A stretch of DNA of 55,287 nucleotides from a virus (IMGVR_UViG_3300024999_000131:1-55287); one strand, 5' to 3'. Positions 38,739 through 49,099 are shown, counted from the first letter of the stretch. Program-made: numbers and translations. The notes: generated by a model not told the origin, from the sequence alone.

Positions 38739-40994
38739 TTGAAAAATAAAATAGTTTATGAATTCAAAGGAGTCGTAGTCGCAAACCCCTACAATACTGA
38801 TGATTACAAAATATATGCACTAGAAGTCGATGATACTAAATATCCGCATATAGCAAAAAATTCATATAATAATGTTAGTATTTTAGGTAATCTACCTGAT
38901 CTTGAGATTGGTATAGAATACACAGTAAAAGGCGAAGAAAAAGAAAGTAAAAATGGAATATCTTATAAAGTAATTAATATAGGAAGAGATATGCCTAAAA
39001 CAGAAACATCAACTAGATTATTTCTACAAAGTATATTAGATAGTTATAGTCAAGTTGATGAAGTAATGAGGGAATATCCAGACATTATTGATAGAGTTAT
39101 TAATAATCGTTTGGACGATATTGACTTGAAGAAACTCTATAATATTGGAGAAGTTAGATTTGAGATTATCAAAAGAAAAATCATTGAAAATTTTGTATTA
39201 GGAGAGTTAGTTACAGAATTTAAAGGATTTATTGAATTCAAAATCTTAAAAGCTTTATATGATAAATATGGTTCAGTTGATAAGATTAAAGAAAAACTAC
39301 AAGACAATCCGTATAAGTGCTTATGCGGATTGTCAAGAATAGCCTTCAAAACTGCCGATAAGATACTCCTTGAATTCAATAAAGATTGCATAGCAACAAA
39401 AGCAAGAGGAGAAAAGCCACCTATTGATTTTACTTTTGATTTACAAACTTCTAGCCAAAGACAAAAATCAGCAATTATGTTTTTATTAGAAGAAAATGAA
39501 AATGATGGAAATACTAAAATTGATGTAAAAGTCCTACGAAAACAATCTGAATCTTTAGCTAAAAAATGTATTGAACATTATGTTGATATTATCAAAAACG
39601 ATAAGGATATTCACTTTGATAAAAAAATAAATACTGTTGCTTTAGAAGAAACATATCAAACTGAATTATATATTGCTAATAGGATTTTAGAAGGTTTAAA
39701 GGTAGAAAATAAGTGGGATATAGATATTGAAAAATATAAGATAAATTCTGAAGTAACTCTCACAGATCAGCAATATAAAGTTTTACCTATGGTATGTAAT
39801 TCTAATGTATGTATATTGAATGGTTTTGGGGGTAGTGGTAAGAGCCAAACTACTAAATCTTTAATTGATATGTTAAGAGACAATAATAAATCATTTTGTT
39901 TATTTGCACCGACTGGAAGAGCAGCAAAAGTTTTAGCAGAATTTACAAAAGAAAACGCTTCCACTATTCATAGAGGATTAGCTTACATGCCACCAGAGTG
40001 GGGTTATAACGAAGAACATAAATTACCTTATTCTGTAGTGATAGTTGATGAATTTTCTATGTGTGATGTCTTTTTAATGAGACACTTATTAGAAGCAATT
40101 GATTTTTCTAAAACCAAATTATTGATGATTGGCGATTCTGCCCAAATTCCTTCCGTTGGAGCAGGAAATGTATTTTATGATTTGATTAATTCAAAACTAC
40201 TTTCTATAGTTTCTCTTACTCAAATATTTAGATATGGAGAAGGAGGGGTATTAACAGTTGCAACTAAAACTAGAAATAGCGAAAAGTTTTTAGAAGACCA
40301 CCAAAAACCACAAATATTTGGCGATGATAAAGGTTATATGTTTATATCTATGCAACAAGAAAATATAATTAAAAATGTAGTAGCTTTATATCAAAAACTA
40401 TTAACATCAGGAAATTCTATAGAAGATATTATGATTTTATCTTCATACAATATAGGTGATTATGGTACAGTAGCAATAAACAAACATCTACAACCAATTG
40501 CAAACCCAAATGTAATATTAAAAGGAATTAATATTCAAATTGGAGATACGAAGTTTTATGAGAATGATTTAGTAATCCAATCTGTTAATAATTATAAAGC
40601 GATAAGATATAAAGAAGATGGATGGATAGACGAAGATGATAAAACATTTGTTGCAAATGGAGAAATCGGTAAAATAATTAAAATTGAATATGGCAAAGTA
40701 ATTATAATGTTTGATGAATTGGTTGTTTATACCAAGAATGATTTATTAAATGTTAAACTTGCTTATAGCATCAGCATAATGAAGAGTCAAGGAGGACAGT
40801 GTAAAAGAGTTATAATGATTACTCCCAAGGCACATACGTTCATGTTGAATAGTAATCTTATCTATGTAGCACAAACTAGGGCAAAACAAAAAGTATTTCA
40901 CTTTGGAGAAAACGAAACGGTAAATAGAGCCATTAAAAAGAAAGCAGATTTCAATAGGAAGACATATCTAAAAGAATTATTGCTAAACACATAA
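38739..40994 (+). CDS. RecD2-like SF1B helicase
   Basis: NPY..AFKTADKI, GFGGSGKS, APTGRAA, STIHR, DEFSM, GDSAQIPSVGAG, NGEIG, YVAQTRAK. Confidence 0.9.
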   Translation: MKNKIVYEFKGVVVANPYNTDDYKIYALEVDDTKYPHIAKNSYNNVSILGNLPDLEIGIEYTVKGEEKESKNGISYKVINIGRDMPKTETSTRLFLQSILDSYSQVDEVMREYPDIIDRVINNRLDDIDLKKLYNIGEVRFEIIKRKIIENFVLGELVTEFKGFIEFKILKALYDKYGSVDKIKEKLQDNPYKCLCGLSRIAFKTADKILLEFNKDCIATKARGEKPPIDFTFDLQTSSQRQKSAIMFLLEENENDGNTKIDVKVLRKQSESLAKKCIEHYVDIIKNDKDIHFDKKINTVALEETYQTELYIANRILEGLKVENKWDIDIEKYKINSEVTLTDQQYKVLPMVCNSNVCILNGFGGSGKSQTTKSLIDMLRDNNKSFCLFAPTGRAAKVLAEFTKENASTIHRGLAYMPPEWGYNEEHKLPYSVVIVDEFSMCDVFLMRHLLEAIDFSKTKLLMIGDSAQIPSVGAGNVFYDLINSKLLSIVSLTQIFRYGEGGVLTVATKTRNSEKFLEDHQKPQIFGDDKGYMFISMQQENIIKNVVALYQKLLTSGNSIEDIMILSSYNIGDYGTVAINKHLQPIANPNVILKGINIQIGDTKFYENDLVIQSVNNYKAIRYKEDGWIDEDDKTFVANGEIGKIIKIEYGKVIIMFDELVVYTKNDLLNVKLAYSISIMKSQGGQCKRVIMITPKAHTFMLNSNLIYVAQTRAKQKVFHFGENETVNRAIKKKADFNRKTYLKELLLNT

Positions 40995-41012
40995 ATCAAT
41001 AAATAAAATTAT

Positions 41013-41041
41013 TTGACTTACCATTCCCATAATGTTATAAT
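41013..41041 (+). promoter_or_regulatory. SigA-type promoter (extended -10)
   Basis: TTGACT-17 nt-TATAAT with TG extension, A-tract. Confidence 0.75.
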
Positions 41042-41284
41042 ATTCACAGGAGGTAAAAACAAATAATCTCAAAACTAAAATTCAGAAATCATGTAAACAT
41101 TGAATTGTCATAAAACACCTCTCTCATACTTCGATTATCTCTGATTATCTTCAAATTATTACCTAATATGTTTTGAAATATCCTTTAAAATGTTCAACTT
41201 AAAGGATTATTAATTTAAGGAGGTGAATTAAATGCACGATTAAAATAATATAATTTACATTAACTTAAGGAGGTGATAAACAAA

Positions 41285-41431
41285 ATGAACACTCAAAAAC
41301 TTATTAATCGTATTGACGGAGTATGGACTACATGCTCTTCCCAAGAATACAATTCCCAAGATACAGCTAATTTCATGTTTAGCAAAAATCGTGAAACTAA
41401 TATTACTACATATTATAAGAAAATCGGTTAA
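41285..41431 (+). CDS. Small protein (48 aa), paralog of 41551..41757
   Basis: AAGGAGGTG RBS; DGVWTTCSSQEY...ETNITTYYKK. Confidence 0.6.
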   Translation: MNTQKLINRIDGVWTTCSSQEYNSQDTANFMFSKNRETNITTYYKKIG

Positions 41432-41550
41432 TAATTACACAATAAACAGACATAATTAATGTTCATAAAGCATAAAAATAAAATGTAGCAAGAATTTGAT
41501 CACATATCTTATAAATACCACCAATCAAATTCTTGCTATAATCAAAAGAG

Positions 41551-41757
41551 GTGATACATATTAAAATTTTACATGGCAGAGATGGCGATTGGATTCAATG
41601 TGACTTTGAAGAGTATGAGAAGAACTATACCGACAAAGTTAATTATGCATTTATTGTCGATCAGGACACCAATAAAGGTAATTATTATAAAAAGGTGAGA
41701 ATTGAAGTTTTTGATAATGAAATGTCAGAAATTAAGAATGAGAGGATGGAAGATTAG
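41551..41757 (+). CDS. Hypothetical protein
   Basis: DGDWIQCDFEEY...DTNKGNYYKK. Confidence 0.6.
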   Translation: MIHIKILHGRDGDWIQCDFEEYEKNYTDKVNYAFIVDQDTNKGNYYKKVRIEVFDNEMSEIKNERMED

Positions 41758-41759
41758 GT

Positions 41760-41957
41760 TTGGTTAGTTTTGGATTATGTTCTCATGACATTTGTGAAAA
41801 ATCTAATGAGTGCAAACGTTATTTAAATAGGGACTCGCCAAATGCAAATCCTGTTTATTTTAGATTCAAAAATATTTGTAGTGAAAGTAATGGATACCAA
41901 TGGTTAATGAAAGTAGAATCTAGTGACTTAATTCCAAAAGAAGAAGGTGATACATAA
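41760..41957 (+). CDS. Cys-rich hypothetical protein
   Basis: ORF track. Confidence 0.55.
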   Translation: MVSFGLCSHDICEKSNECKRYLNRDSPNANPVYFRFKNICSESNGYQWLMKVESSDLIPKEEGDT

Positions 41958-42259
41958 TTTATATAAATAATATTTCTTTACATGGTATTGACTTTCACAA
42001 ATATGTAGTCATAAAGCAAGATGATTTATACAAACATGCTTCAGAGCAAGATCAAATTGATTTGAGTAGGATTCTTAAAACAATTAGATTTGGCAGGAAA
42101 GAAGTTGGCAAGAAGACGGACAATAAGTATTTGGTGATTAATATTGACGAGGATTATGCTAAAGATGTTATTGAGATATTAAAGAAAAATAATCATTGGA
42201 AGTAAATACCTTAAAAGAATCTATTTATTCTATAAATATTAAAATAAAATTATTGGAGG

Positions 42260-42463
42260 ATGCATATGGTATTATATTCAAATGATTGCCCTAAATGTAA
42301 AATATTAAAACTTAAACTAGATAGTAAAAATATTCAATATGAACTGTGTTCTGATATAGATGTCATGATTTTTAAAGGATTCCAATCAATGCCAATGTTA
42401 GAAGTAGAAGAAGAAACAATGAATTTTAATGAAGCTATAAAATGGGTTTTACAAAATGAATGA
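42260..42463 (+). CDS. Glutaredoxin/NrdH-like redoxin
   Basis: LYSNDCPKC...GFQSMPMLEV; upstream of nrdG/nrdD. Confidence 0.8.
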   Translation: MHMVLYSNDCPKCKILKLKLDSKNIQYELCSDIDVMIFKGFQSMPMLEVEEETMNFNEAIKWVLQNE

Positions 42464-42974
42464 TGTTTATGTGACATTACAGAATAGCATAAATAATGAT
42501 GGGTTATGGTATCCTTCATTATCAATTTACTATAGTGGTTGTGATAATCCTAACAAATGTATAGATTGTCAAAATCCAGAATTAATTCTACAAGGGGTAG
42601 GTTATAAAACAAATAACGACAAATTAATAAAAGATATAGAAAATAAATTGGCCGAATGGTTTGATACATATAAAACAATGTCAATTTGTTATGTAGGTGG
42701 CGAGCCATTATCAGAATGGAATAGAGATTCTGTATTTAAAATATCTAGATATTTTAAAGAAAAATATGGTAATAAAATATGTAATATCATATATTCTTGG
42801 CGATATATTGAATATTTAAAAGAATTACAACAATATATTTCATATTTAGATTATGGTGTTTTAGGGAGTTTTCAGATAGAAAATGTAAATATAAATTATA
42901 TACCATCATCTACGAATCAGTATATATATGATTTTAAAAACGAAGCAATAATTGCTCCAATAAAGAAAGGTTGA
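42456..42974 (+). CDS. nrdG: Anaerobic RNR activating enzyme (radical SAM)
   Basis: SGCDNPNKCIDCQNPEL, GGEPL, SSTNQ; adjacent to nrdD. Confidence 0.85.
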   Translation: MNDVYVTLQNSINNDGLWYPSLSIYYSGCDNPNKCIDCQNPELILQGVGYKTNNDKLIKDIENKLAEWFDTYKTMSICYVGGEPLSEWNRDSVFKISRYFKEKYGNKICNIIYSWRYIEYLKELQQYISYLDYGVLGSFQIENVNINYIPSSTNQYIYDFKNEAIIAPIKKG

Positions 42975-42978
42975 TTAT

Positions 42979-44946
42979 ATGAAATTAAATGATCATAGCC
43001 AACAAGATACTACATTTAGAATCGAAATTACATTGGATGAGGATTTTAAAATTCAATTTCAAAAACTTAAAAGAAAATACGGTGAAGAAATGTTTGGAAT
43101 TGAAGGTTTAAGCAAAGAAAATCTAAACATTACTAACTTTTTTGACAAATTTATGAATAGTAATAATGTTGCCAATGCTTCAATTGACGATAATAGTAAT
43201 GTTACTGATAAAAATATTTCCATTATGCTTAGTGAAAGTAGAAAGCCATATAATAAATTGCTATCACATAATAAAATATACATAGAATTAAAAGAGAAAT
43301 TTGGCAAAGAAACTGCCGATAAATGGTTAGAATTGCAAATTAATGGTGCTCTTTATTCCCATGATTCTCATGAATCAACCTTAAAACCATATTGTTTTGC
43401 ATTTTCATTAAAACCAATTGTTGAAAAAGGATTGTATTTTATTAAAGATATGAAAGCTCAACCTGCAAAACATTTAGATACATTTAATCATCATGTTTTA
43501 GAGTTTATATCTTATGCTACCAATATGCAATCAGGGGCTGTAGGAATCCCAGACTACTTAATTTACGCTTATTATTATTGGAAAAAAGATGTGGAATTAC
43601 ATTATGTTAAGGATGCGACAATATACAAAAAACAAAAATGGCAAGAAATATTATTTAATTTGAATCAACCATATTTAAAAGGAGGAGAACAATCTGCCTA
43701 CACAAATTTCAGTATTCTTGATAGGGATCATATTATTGGATTATTGGGTGAAGAATCTTTTCCAGATGGCAGTTTGATTATTGATCATTTAGAAGATATC
43801 ATTCAATATCAAAAAGACTTCCTTGATTATGAAAGAGAATTAAGACATGAAAAATTCTTCACATTTCCAGTAATATCTGCAAGTTTATTATTTAAAGATG
43901 GTAAATATGTAGATGAAGATGTCGCTAGATTTGTAAGCAAACATAATATGGAATGGCAAGATGTTAATGTTTATAATGCAAAGGAAATAGATGGAATGTC
44001 TAGTTGTTGTAGACTTACCTCTTCTTTAAAAGATATTCAAGAAGACGAAGCAGAAGAGTTACAAGGACATTTTAACTCAATTGGTGGATCTTCGATTTCT
44101 ATAGGTAGTGCAAAAGTTAATACATTAAATCTAGTTAGAATTGCATTAGAATCAAAAGGAAACTTTAATGAGTATAAAAAGATATTAAAAGATAGGGTAG
44201 ATTTATCACATAAATATCTATATGTACAAAGAGAAGTATTAAAGAAAAATATCATAAAAGGATTGTTACCGCTATATTCTTATGAATTACTAGACATGAA
44301 AAGACAATTTAGCACAATTGGTATTACTGGAGTATTTGAGGCAATTAAAATACTAAAAGGCGTTAGTGAAAATTCAACTGGTGTTTATTATAATGAAGAT
44401 GGAATAAGAATGGCAGGAGAAATACTAGATATTATTCAAGAAATGAATAAAACAACTACAAAACTGTATGGTTATAATGCTAATACAGAACAAATTCCTT
44501 CTGAATCATGTTCAATAAAGATTTGTAAAAAAGATAAATTAATGTTTGGACAGGATTGTGTAGATACATATATTTACGGAAATCAATGGATACCACTCAA
44601 TCAACATTGTGATGTAATGGAAAGAGTTAGAGCATCCTCTATCTTAGATGATAAATGTGGTGGTGGGGTAATGCTCCATATTAATCTGGCTGAAAATTTC
44701 AAAGATGAAGAGCAAGCATGGCAATTAATGAATAAACTTGCCAGAGAAGGTGTAGTTTATTTTAGTTTTATCCAAAAGATTAATGTATGCAAAAATGATC
44801 ATTCGTTTCATGATAAAAAATGTCCAATTTGTAATGGTGATGTAGTGGATTCATATATTAAAATTGTAGGATATTTAGTAAAAGCATCTTCATATAAAAA
44901 GGAAAGAGCAACTGAGATGAAAGAAAGAGTTTTTTACAATGTTTAA
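42979..44946 (+). CDS. nrdD: Anaerobic (class III) ribonucleoside-triphosphate reductase
   Basis: PYCF, QSGAVG, FTFPV, SSCCRL, EQIPSES, C-terminal Zn motif and KIVGYL glycyl-radical loop. Confidence 0.92.
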   Translation: MKLNDHSQQDTTFRIEITLDEDFKIQFQKLKRKYGEEMFGIEGLSKENLNITNFFDKFMNSNNVANASIDDNSNVTDKNISIMLSESRKPYNKLLSHNKIYIELKEKFGKETADKWLELQINGALYSHDSHESTLKPYCFAFSLKPIVEKGLYFIKDMKAQPAKHLDTFNHHVLEFISYATNMQSGAVGIPDYLIYAYYYWKKDVELHYVKDATIYKKQKWQEILFNLNQPYLKGGEQSAYTNFSILDRDHIIGLLGEESFPDGSLIIDHLEDIIQYQKDFLDYERELRHEKFFTFPVISASLLFKDGKYVDEDVARFVSKHNMEWQDVNVYNAKEIDGMSSCCRLTSSLKDIQEDEAEELQGHFNSIGGSSISIGSAKVNTLNLVRIALESKGNFNEYKKILKDRVDLSHKYLYVQREVLKKNIIKGLLPLYSYELLDMKRQFSTIGITGVFEAIKILKGVSENSTGVYYNEDGIRMAGEILDIIQEMNKTTTKLYGYNANTEQIPSESCSIKICKKDKLMFGQDCVDTYIYGNQWIPLNQHCDVMERVRASSILDDKCGGGVMLHINLAENFKDEEQAWQLMNKLAREGVVYFSFIQKINVCKNDHSFHDKKCPICNGDVVDSYIKIVGYLVKASSYKKERATEMKERVFYNV

Positions 44947-44968
44947 ATAAAAAGAAGAGAGGTAATTA

Positions 44969-45682
44969 ATGAATTGTATAATATGCAATAAAGATTTGTC
45001 TAATGGAAGGATTAGAAAATGCAAAGAAGAATTTTATTGTGATAGACATTATAGGCAAATGTTAAAACATGGTCACATAATTAAAACTAGATGTGACCCA
45101 AATGAAATAGTATTAATTGGTAAATATGCAGAAATAATTTTAAATGATATAAATAATAAGGAAATCGAAAAAGCAAAAATCGACCTAGAAGATATTGAAA
45201 AAATTAAAAATTTTAAATGGTTTTATGATAAAAAATCAGGTTATGTTTGTACTCATTATGTAAATAATGTATACCATTTACATCAAATAATACTTGGAGA
45301 TAATTATGATCATATTGATAGAAATAAGTTAAATAATTTAAAAGAAAATTTAAGACCAATTACCAAAAGTAGAAATATGATGAACTCTAACATCTCTACT
45401 AGAAATAAAACAGGGGTTAAAGGAGTTTCTTGGGACAAAAGTAGAAATAAATGGACTTCACATATTAGAAAAGATAATAAAACAATAAATATTGGAAGAT
45501 TTTCTTCTTTTGATGAGGCAGTAAAACAAAGAATGATTATAGAAGCAAAATTATTTAATATTTATTCAGCATACCACAATAAAACGACAAACTTGATTGA
45601 ATTAACTTTTAAATCTATAGATACAAATACTTATAAAATGATAAAAATAAATATGAACGGAGAAGTGATATATTTTGAGTAA
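44969..45682 (+). CDS. HNH endonuclease with AP2 domain (free-standing homing endonuclease)
   Basis: LHQII...DHIDRNKLNNLKENLR; NKTGVKGVSWDKSRNKW...IGRF...EAV. Confidence 0.88.
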   Translation: MNCIICNKDLSNGRIRKCKEEFYCDRHYRQMLKHGHIIKTRCDPNEIVLIGKYAEIILNDINNKEIEKAKIDLEDIEKIKNFKWFYDKKSGYVCTHYVNNVYHLHQIILGDNYDHIDRNKLNNLKENLRPITKSRNMMNSNISTRNKTGVKGVSWDKSRNKWTSHIRKDNKTINIGRFSSFDEAVKQRMIIEAKLFNIYSAYHNKTTNLIELTFKSIDTNTYKMIKINMNGEVIYFE

Positions 45683-46130
45683 AATTAGAGGTTTTGAATC
45701 AGTATCAGAATTATTCAAAAAACAAAATGTCCCTACTATCCTCCCACAAAGAGGTACAAAAACATCGGCAGGATACGATTTTTCTACTCCTATTCAAGTA
45801 GCAATACTTCCTCATAAACAATATCTTATTTGGACAGACGTAAAAGCATATATGCAAGAAGGAGAAGTTTTAATTCTTGATGTACGAAGTTCAATCGGAA
45901 TTAATAAAAGTTTAGAATTAGCAAACACAATTGGGATTGTGGATCAGGATTATTTTTCAAATCCTAAAAATGATGGTAATATTGGAATCTGTTTATATAA
46001 TAAATCAGATGAAATAGTTGCTCTAGACGTAGGGGAGCGTATTGCTCAAGGGATATTTATTCCATTTCTTGAGGCAGATAATGGAAATACAGAAAAAGAA
46101 CGTATAGGTGGAATTGGTTCTACAAACTAA
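45675..46130 (+). CDS. dut: Trimeric dUTPase
   Basis: SAGYDF, RSSIG, GIVDQDY, GERIAQG, RIGGIGST. Confidence 0.93.
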   Translation: MSKIRGFESVSELFKKQNVPTILPQRGTKTSAGYDFSTPIQVAILPHKQYLIWTDVKAYMQEGEVLILDVRSSIGINKSLELANTIGIVDQDYFSNPKNDGNIGICLYNKSDEIVALDVGERIAQGIFIPFLEADNGNTEKERIGGIGSTN

Positions 46131-46189
46131 TAAATATGGAGAGGTTGAAATACATCTCTCCTACCTTCCTAGAAAGGACTACAAACAAA

Positions 46190-46660
46190 ATGCAAATAAT
46201 AAATTGGGATGATTATTTCATGAGCGTTGCATACATATCATCATTGCGTAGCAAAGATCCAAGAACACAAGTAGGTGCATGTATAGTGGACGCTAATCAT
46301 CGAATCATATCAACTGGTTATAATGGAATGCCTAATAGATGTAATGATTCTGAAATGCCTTGGGAATCGAAAGAAGGATTAGAAAGTAAATATCTATATG
46401 TAGTACATAGTGAACTTAATGCCATTCTCCATGCAAAAGTTAATTTACATGATTGTATTCTTTATTCGACACTATTCCCTTGCAATGAATGTTCTAAAAC
46501 AATTGTTCAATCTGGTATATCTGAAGTTGTATATCTAAGTGATAAATATAAAAACATGGAACAAACTATTGCTTCTAGATTTATTCTAAATATGGCAGGA
46601 GTAAAATATAGGCAATTAATTAGTGATACCAATATACAAATAAAATTAAATAAGGAGTGA
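46190..46660 (+). CDS. dCMP deaminase
   Basis: WDDYFM, RSKDPRTQVGA, TGYNG, HSELNA, PCNEC; AAAGGA RBS before ATG 46190. Confidence 0.92.
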   Translation: MQIINWDDYFMSVAYISSLRSKDPRTQVGACIVDANHRIISTGYNGMPNRCNDSEMPWESKEGLESKYLYVVHSELNAILHAKVNLHDCILYSTLFPCNECSKTIVQSGISEVVYLSDKYKNMEQTIASRFILNMAGVKYRQLISDTNIQIKLNKE

Positions 46661-46665
46661 TATAA

Positions 46666-46848
46666 ATGAATAAATATTTTAATTTTACTAGTTCAATTAT
46701 ATGGTTTACGATGCTTGGAATGTTTTTATATAATCCACATCAATACACAATAACTTCTACTGGTATTATGCTTGGTTTGTTAGGAGTACAATTTGGTTAT
46801 CATTGTGCAAGAGATATTAAAGATGAAAAAATAGAACACTCGAAATAA
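46666..46848 (+). CDS. Small membrane protein
   Basis: AAGGAG RBS; two hydrophobic segments. Confidence 0.6.
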   Translation: MNKYFNFTSSIIWFTMLGMFLYNPHQYTITSTGIMLGLLGVQFGYHCARDIKDEKIEHSK

Positions 46849-47530
46849 ACAATTTCTTGGATTTGAAAGGAGATAATAAATATATGCAATTTGTACTAGA
46901 AGTATATATAGAAGCAGATTCTTTAGAAACTGCTAAAGATATAGCACATGATATTCATGAGATATTGGGTAATAATGGTATTAACAATAGTATTAATGTT
47001 ATAAATGATACTAATGATGAAAAAGATTTCTAATATCAAGATTAAATAACATTTAAATTAATTTTAGAAAGAAGGTTTATATAAAATTATGTTGAAAAAT
47101 AAATATTCTCTCAACAATATTTCCATTGAATCAAATTATAAAGACAAATTATTATCTCTAAAAGAGCAGTTCTGTAATTATTATTGTCCTAACAAAGCAG
47201 AAATTGAAGATTGGGAGAATATCTTTTAGATAGACAATTCGTTTGCCATCTTTGTCAGATAAATGATTACATAACTTTCATCAGAGATGAACTATAATAC
47301 TCACCATTTTAATTAAATAAACATAAAGCAAAAAGACAGAAAGGAGGTGATGAAAAGAAAGGAGGATCAATCTATAAATGGAAGAACTGAAAAAATGGTT
47401 GATTAATGAAATAAATTCTATCAATAAAGATTCACACAATGAAAGTACCTATGCGTGGAGTAAGGGATTTAAAAAAGCTTTATTAGAAGTTTTAGATAAA
47501 ATAAATAAGATTGAAAAGGAGAGAAAATAA

Positions 47531-48763
47531 ATGGCAATAAGAACTGAACAAATTGATGTATCATTCAACCTAAAACTTCAAAAAGACCTCCAAGAACATG
47601 AAATTATTTGCTCTTACTGTGAAAATAATATGATAAAGTCTTTTAAAGTTAGACTTGAACCTAATAATAAACAAAATTCTTTACTCTTTGGTTGTGCTGG
47701 AACTGGTAGATGGGCTTATAACTTTGCTTTAGCTAAAATTCAGGAACATTATAAAGAAACTGGTAAATTCTTAAAAGATGGAGAGATTAGAAAACAGATT
47801 ACTCAATTAAAGAAAACTGATGAATTTAAATGGTTAAATAAATATAGTGCATCTACCATATCTCAGCATGTAAAAGATGCCGATAATGCTTATAAGAAAT
47901 TCTTTAAAGGATTAAGTAATTTTCCTAAATTCAAAAGTAAGAAAAAAAGTAAACCTAGTTTTTATAGTAGATACGATAGAATATCTTTTACATTAACACA
48001 TGTGCAATTAGAAAAAATAGGTAAAATAAAATTATCTGAATACAATAGAATACCAATAGGTAAAACTATTAAATATATGAATCCAAGAGTCACGTTTGAT
48101 GGATTAAATTGGTATTTATCTATTGCTGTTGAATTAGAAAATAATATTAATCCTATTTTAATCAATGAAAAATTAGGTATAGATGTGGGTGTAAAAGATT
48201 TGGCAATTGTTAGCAATGGCAATGTGTATAAAAACATTAATAAATCCAAAACTATCAAAAAATTAGAGAAGAAATTAAAAAGATTACAACGAAAAGTTTC
48301 TAAGAAGTATCTGATGAATAAACAAGATAAAAAATTCATTAAGACAAATAATATCAAGAAACTTGAATTTGAAATCCAAAAGGTTTATAAAAGACTTAGT
48401 AACATTCGTACCGATTACATTCAAAAAGTTTCCACAGAGATTGTGAAATTCAAACCATCTCGTATAGTAATGGAAACATTGAATATAAAAGATATGATGA
48501 AAAATAGACATTTATCAAAAGCGATACAACAGCAAAAATTATATGAGTTCAAAATATTATTAAAATATAAAAGTATAAGAGATGGTATTGAATTTATAGA
48601 AGCCGATAGATGGTATCCTTCTTCTAAAACTTGTTCAGAATGCGGATATAAAAAATTAAAATTGAGTTTAGGAGAAAGAGAATTTATTTGTGAAAGTTGT
48701 GGTTGTATTATAGACAGAGACTTAAATGCTGCGGTAAATTTATCACAATATGAAATAGCATAG
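47531..48763 (+). CDS. tnpB: TnpB RNA-guided nuclease, fused in frame to the first ~31 aa of the interrupted phage gene
   Basis: From M34 (47630): HTH MIKSFKVRLEPN...FGCAG..RWAYN; RuvC GIDVGVKDLA, IVMETL, Zn finger CSEC/CESC, DRDLNAAVNL. Confidence 0.93.
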   Translation: MAIRTEQIDVSFNLKLQKDLQEHEIICSYCENNMIKSFKVRLEPNNKQNSLLFGCAGTGRWAYNFALAKIQEHYKETGKFLKDGEIRKQITQLKKTDEFKWLNKYSASTISQHVKDADNAYKKFFKGLSNFPKFKSKKKSKPSFYSRYDRISFTLTHVQLEKIGKIKLSEYNRIPIGKTIKYMNPRVTFDGLNWYLSIAVELENNINPILINEKLGIDVGVKDLAIVSNGNVYKNINKSKTIKKLEKKLKRLQRKVSKKYLMNKQDKKFIKTNNIKKLEFEIQKVYKRLSNIRTDYIQKVSTEIVKFKPSRIVMETLNIKDMMKNRHLSKAIQQQKLYEFKILLKYKSIRDGIEFIEADRWYPSSKTCSECGYKKLKLSLGEREFICESCGCIIDRDLNAAVNLSQYEIA

Positions 48764-48938
48764 ATTTTGCTTATATAAGTTATACCATATGTACCGTAAG
48801 TTATACGGGAATTTACGCCTTTAGACTATTAACAAACATGAGTAGTAGAAATACGAAAGTGAGTAGGATGAATAAGGAAATAAACATGGAAGTTATACTT
48901 TTTATAAAGCTATACTTTTTATAAGTTTTATGTAACGG
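47624..48938 (+). mobile_element. tnpA-less IS607-like element (left end apparently deleted)
   Basis: tnpB plus a 3' noncoding end terminating ...TGTAACGG; subterminal direct repeats TATACTTTTTATAA at 48894 and 48911; host reading frame CSYC(E)|GTGLQ resumes right after. Confidence 0.7.
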
Positions 48939-48958
48939 CACAGGACTTCAAGTAGATA
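48786..48958 (+). ncRNA. Putative omega-RNA (TnpB scaffold plus flank-derived guide)
   Basis: Lies between the tnpB stop and the element right end; GTACCG...CGGGAATTTACGCCT...GAGTAG...GAAAG...GATGAATAAGGAA pattern; guide would start at ~48939. Confidence 0.6.
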
Positions 48959-49082
48959 ATAATAAGCAAGCATCAAATAATTACTTAAAGAACTTCAGGA
49001 ATTTCTAAATAAATGGTGTGAAGAGAACAAACGAGGGACTACGACTTATTATGCTGATTGTAGTGTTGGAATTTTATTATAA
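48937..49082 (+). pseudogene. 3' remnants of the interrupted phage gene
   Basis: GTGLQVDNN continues the CxxCxGxG motif; another frame carries LKELQEFLNKWCEENKRGTTTYYADCSVGILL*. Confidence 0.5.
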
Positions 49083-49099
49083 GACAGAGGTGATTGTAA

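Noticed and set aside
40760-40800. RecD2 motif reads SISIMKSQG rather than the usual TIHKSQG
   Set aside because: It is a single-motif variation with all other helicase motifs intact, so inactivity cannot be claimed without an alignment.
35427-44946. Inteins or introns in dnaE, recD2 or nrdD
   Set aside because: The ORFs are continuous and of normal length, with no intein splice motifs or LAGLIDADG insert seen.
47531-48938. IStron (group I intron + IS607)
   Set aside because: Only ~6-9 nt separate the host codons from the tnpB ATG, leaving no room for an intron core.
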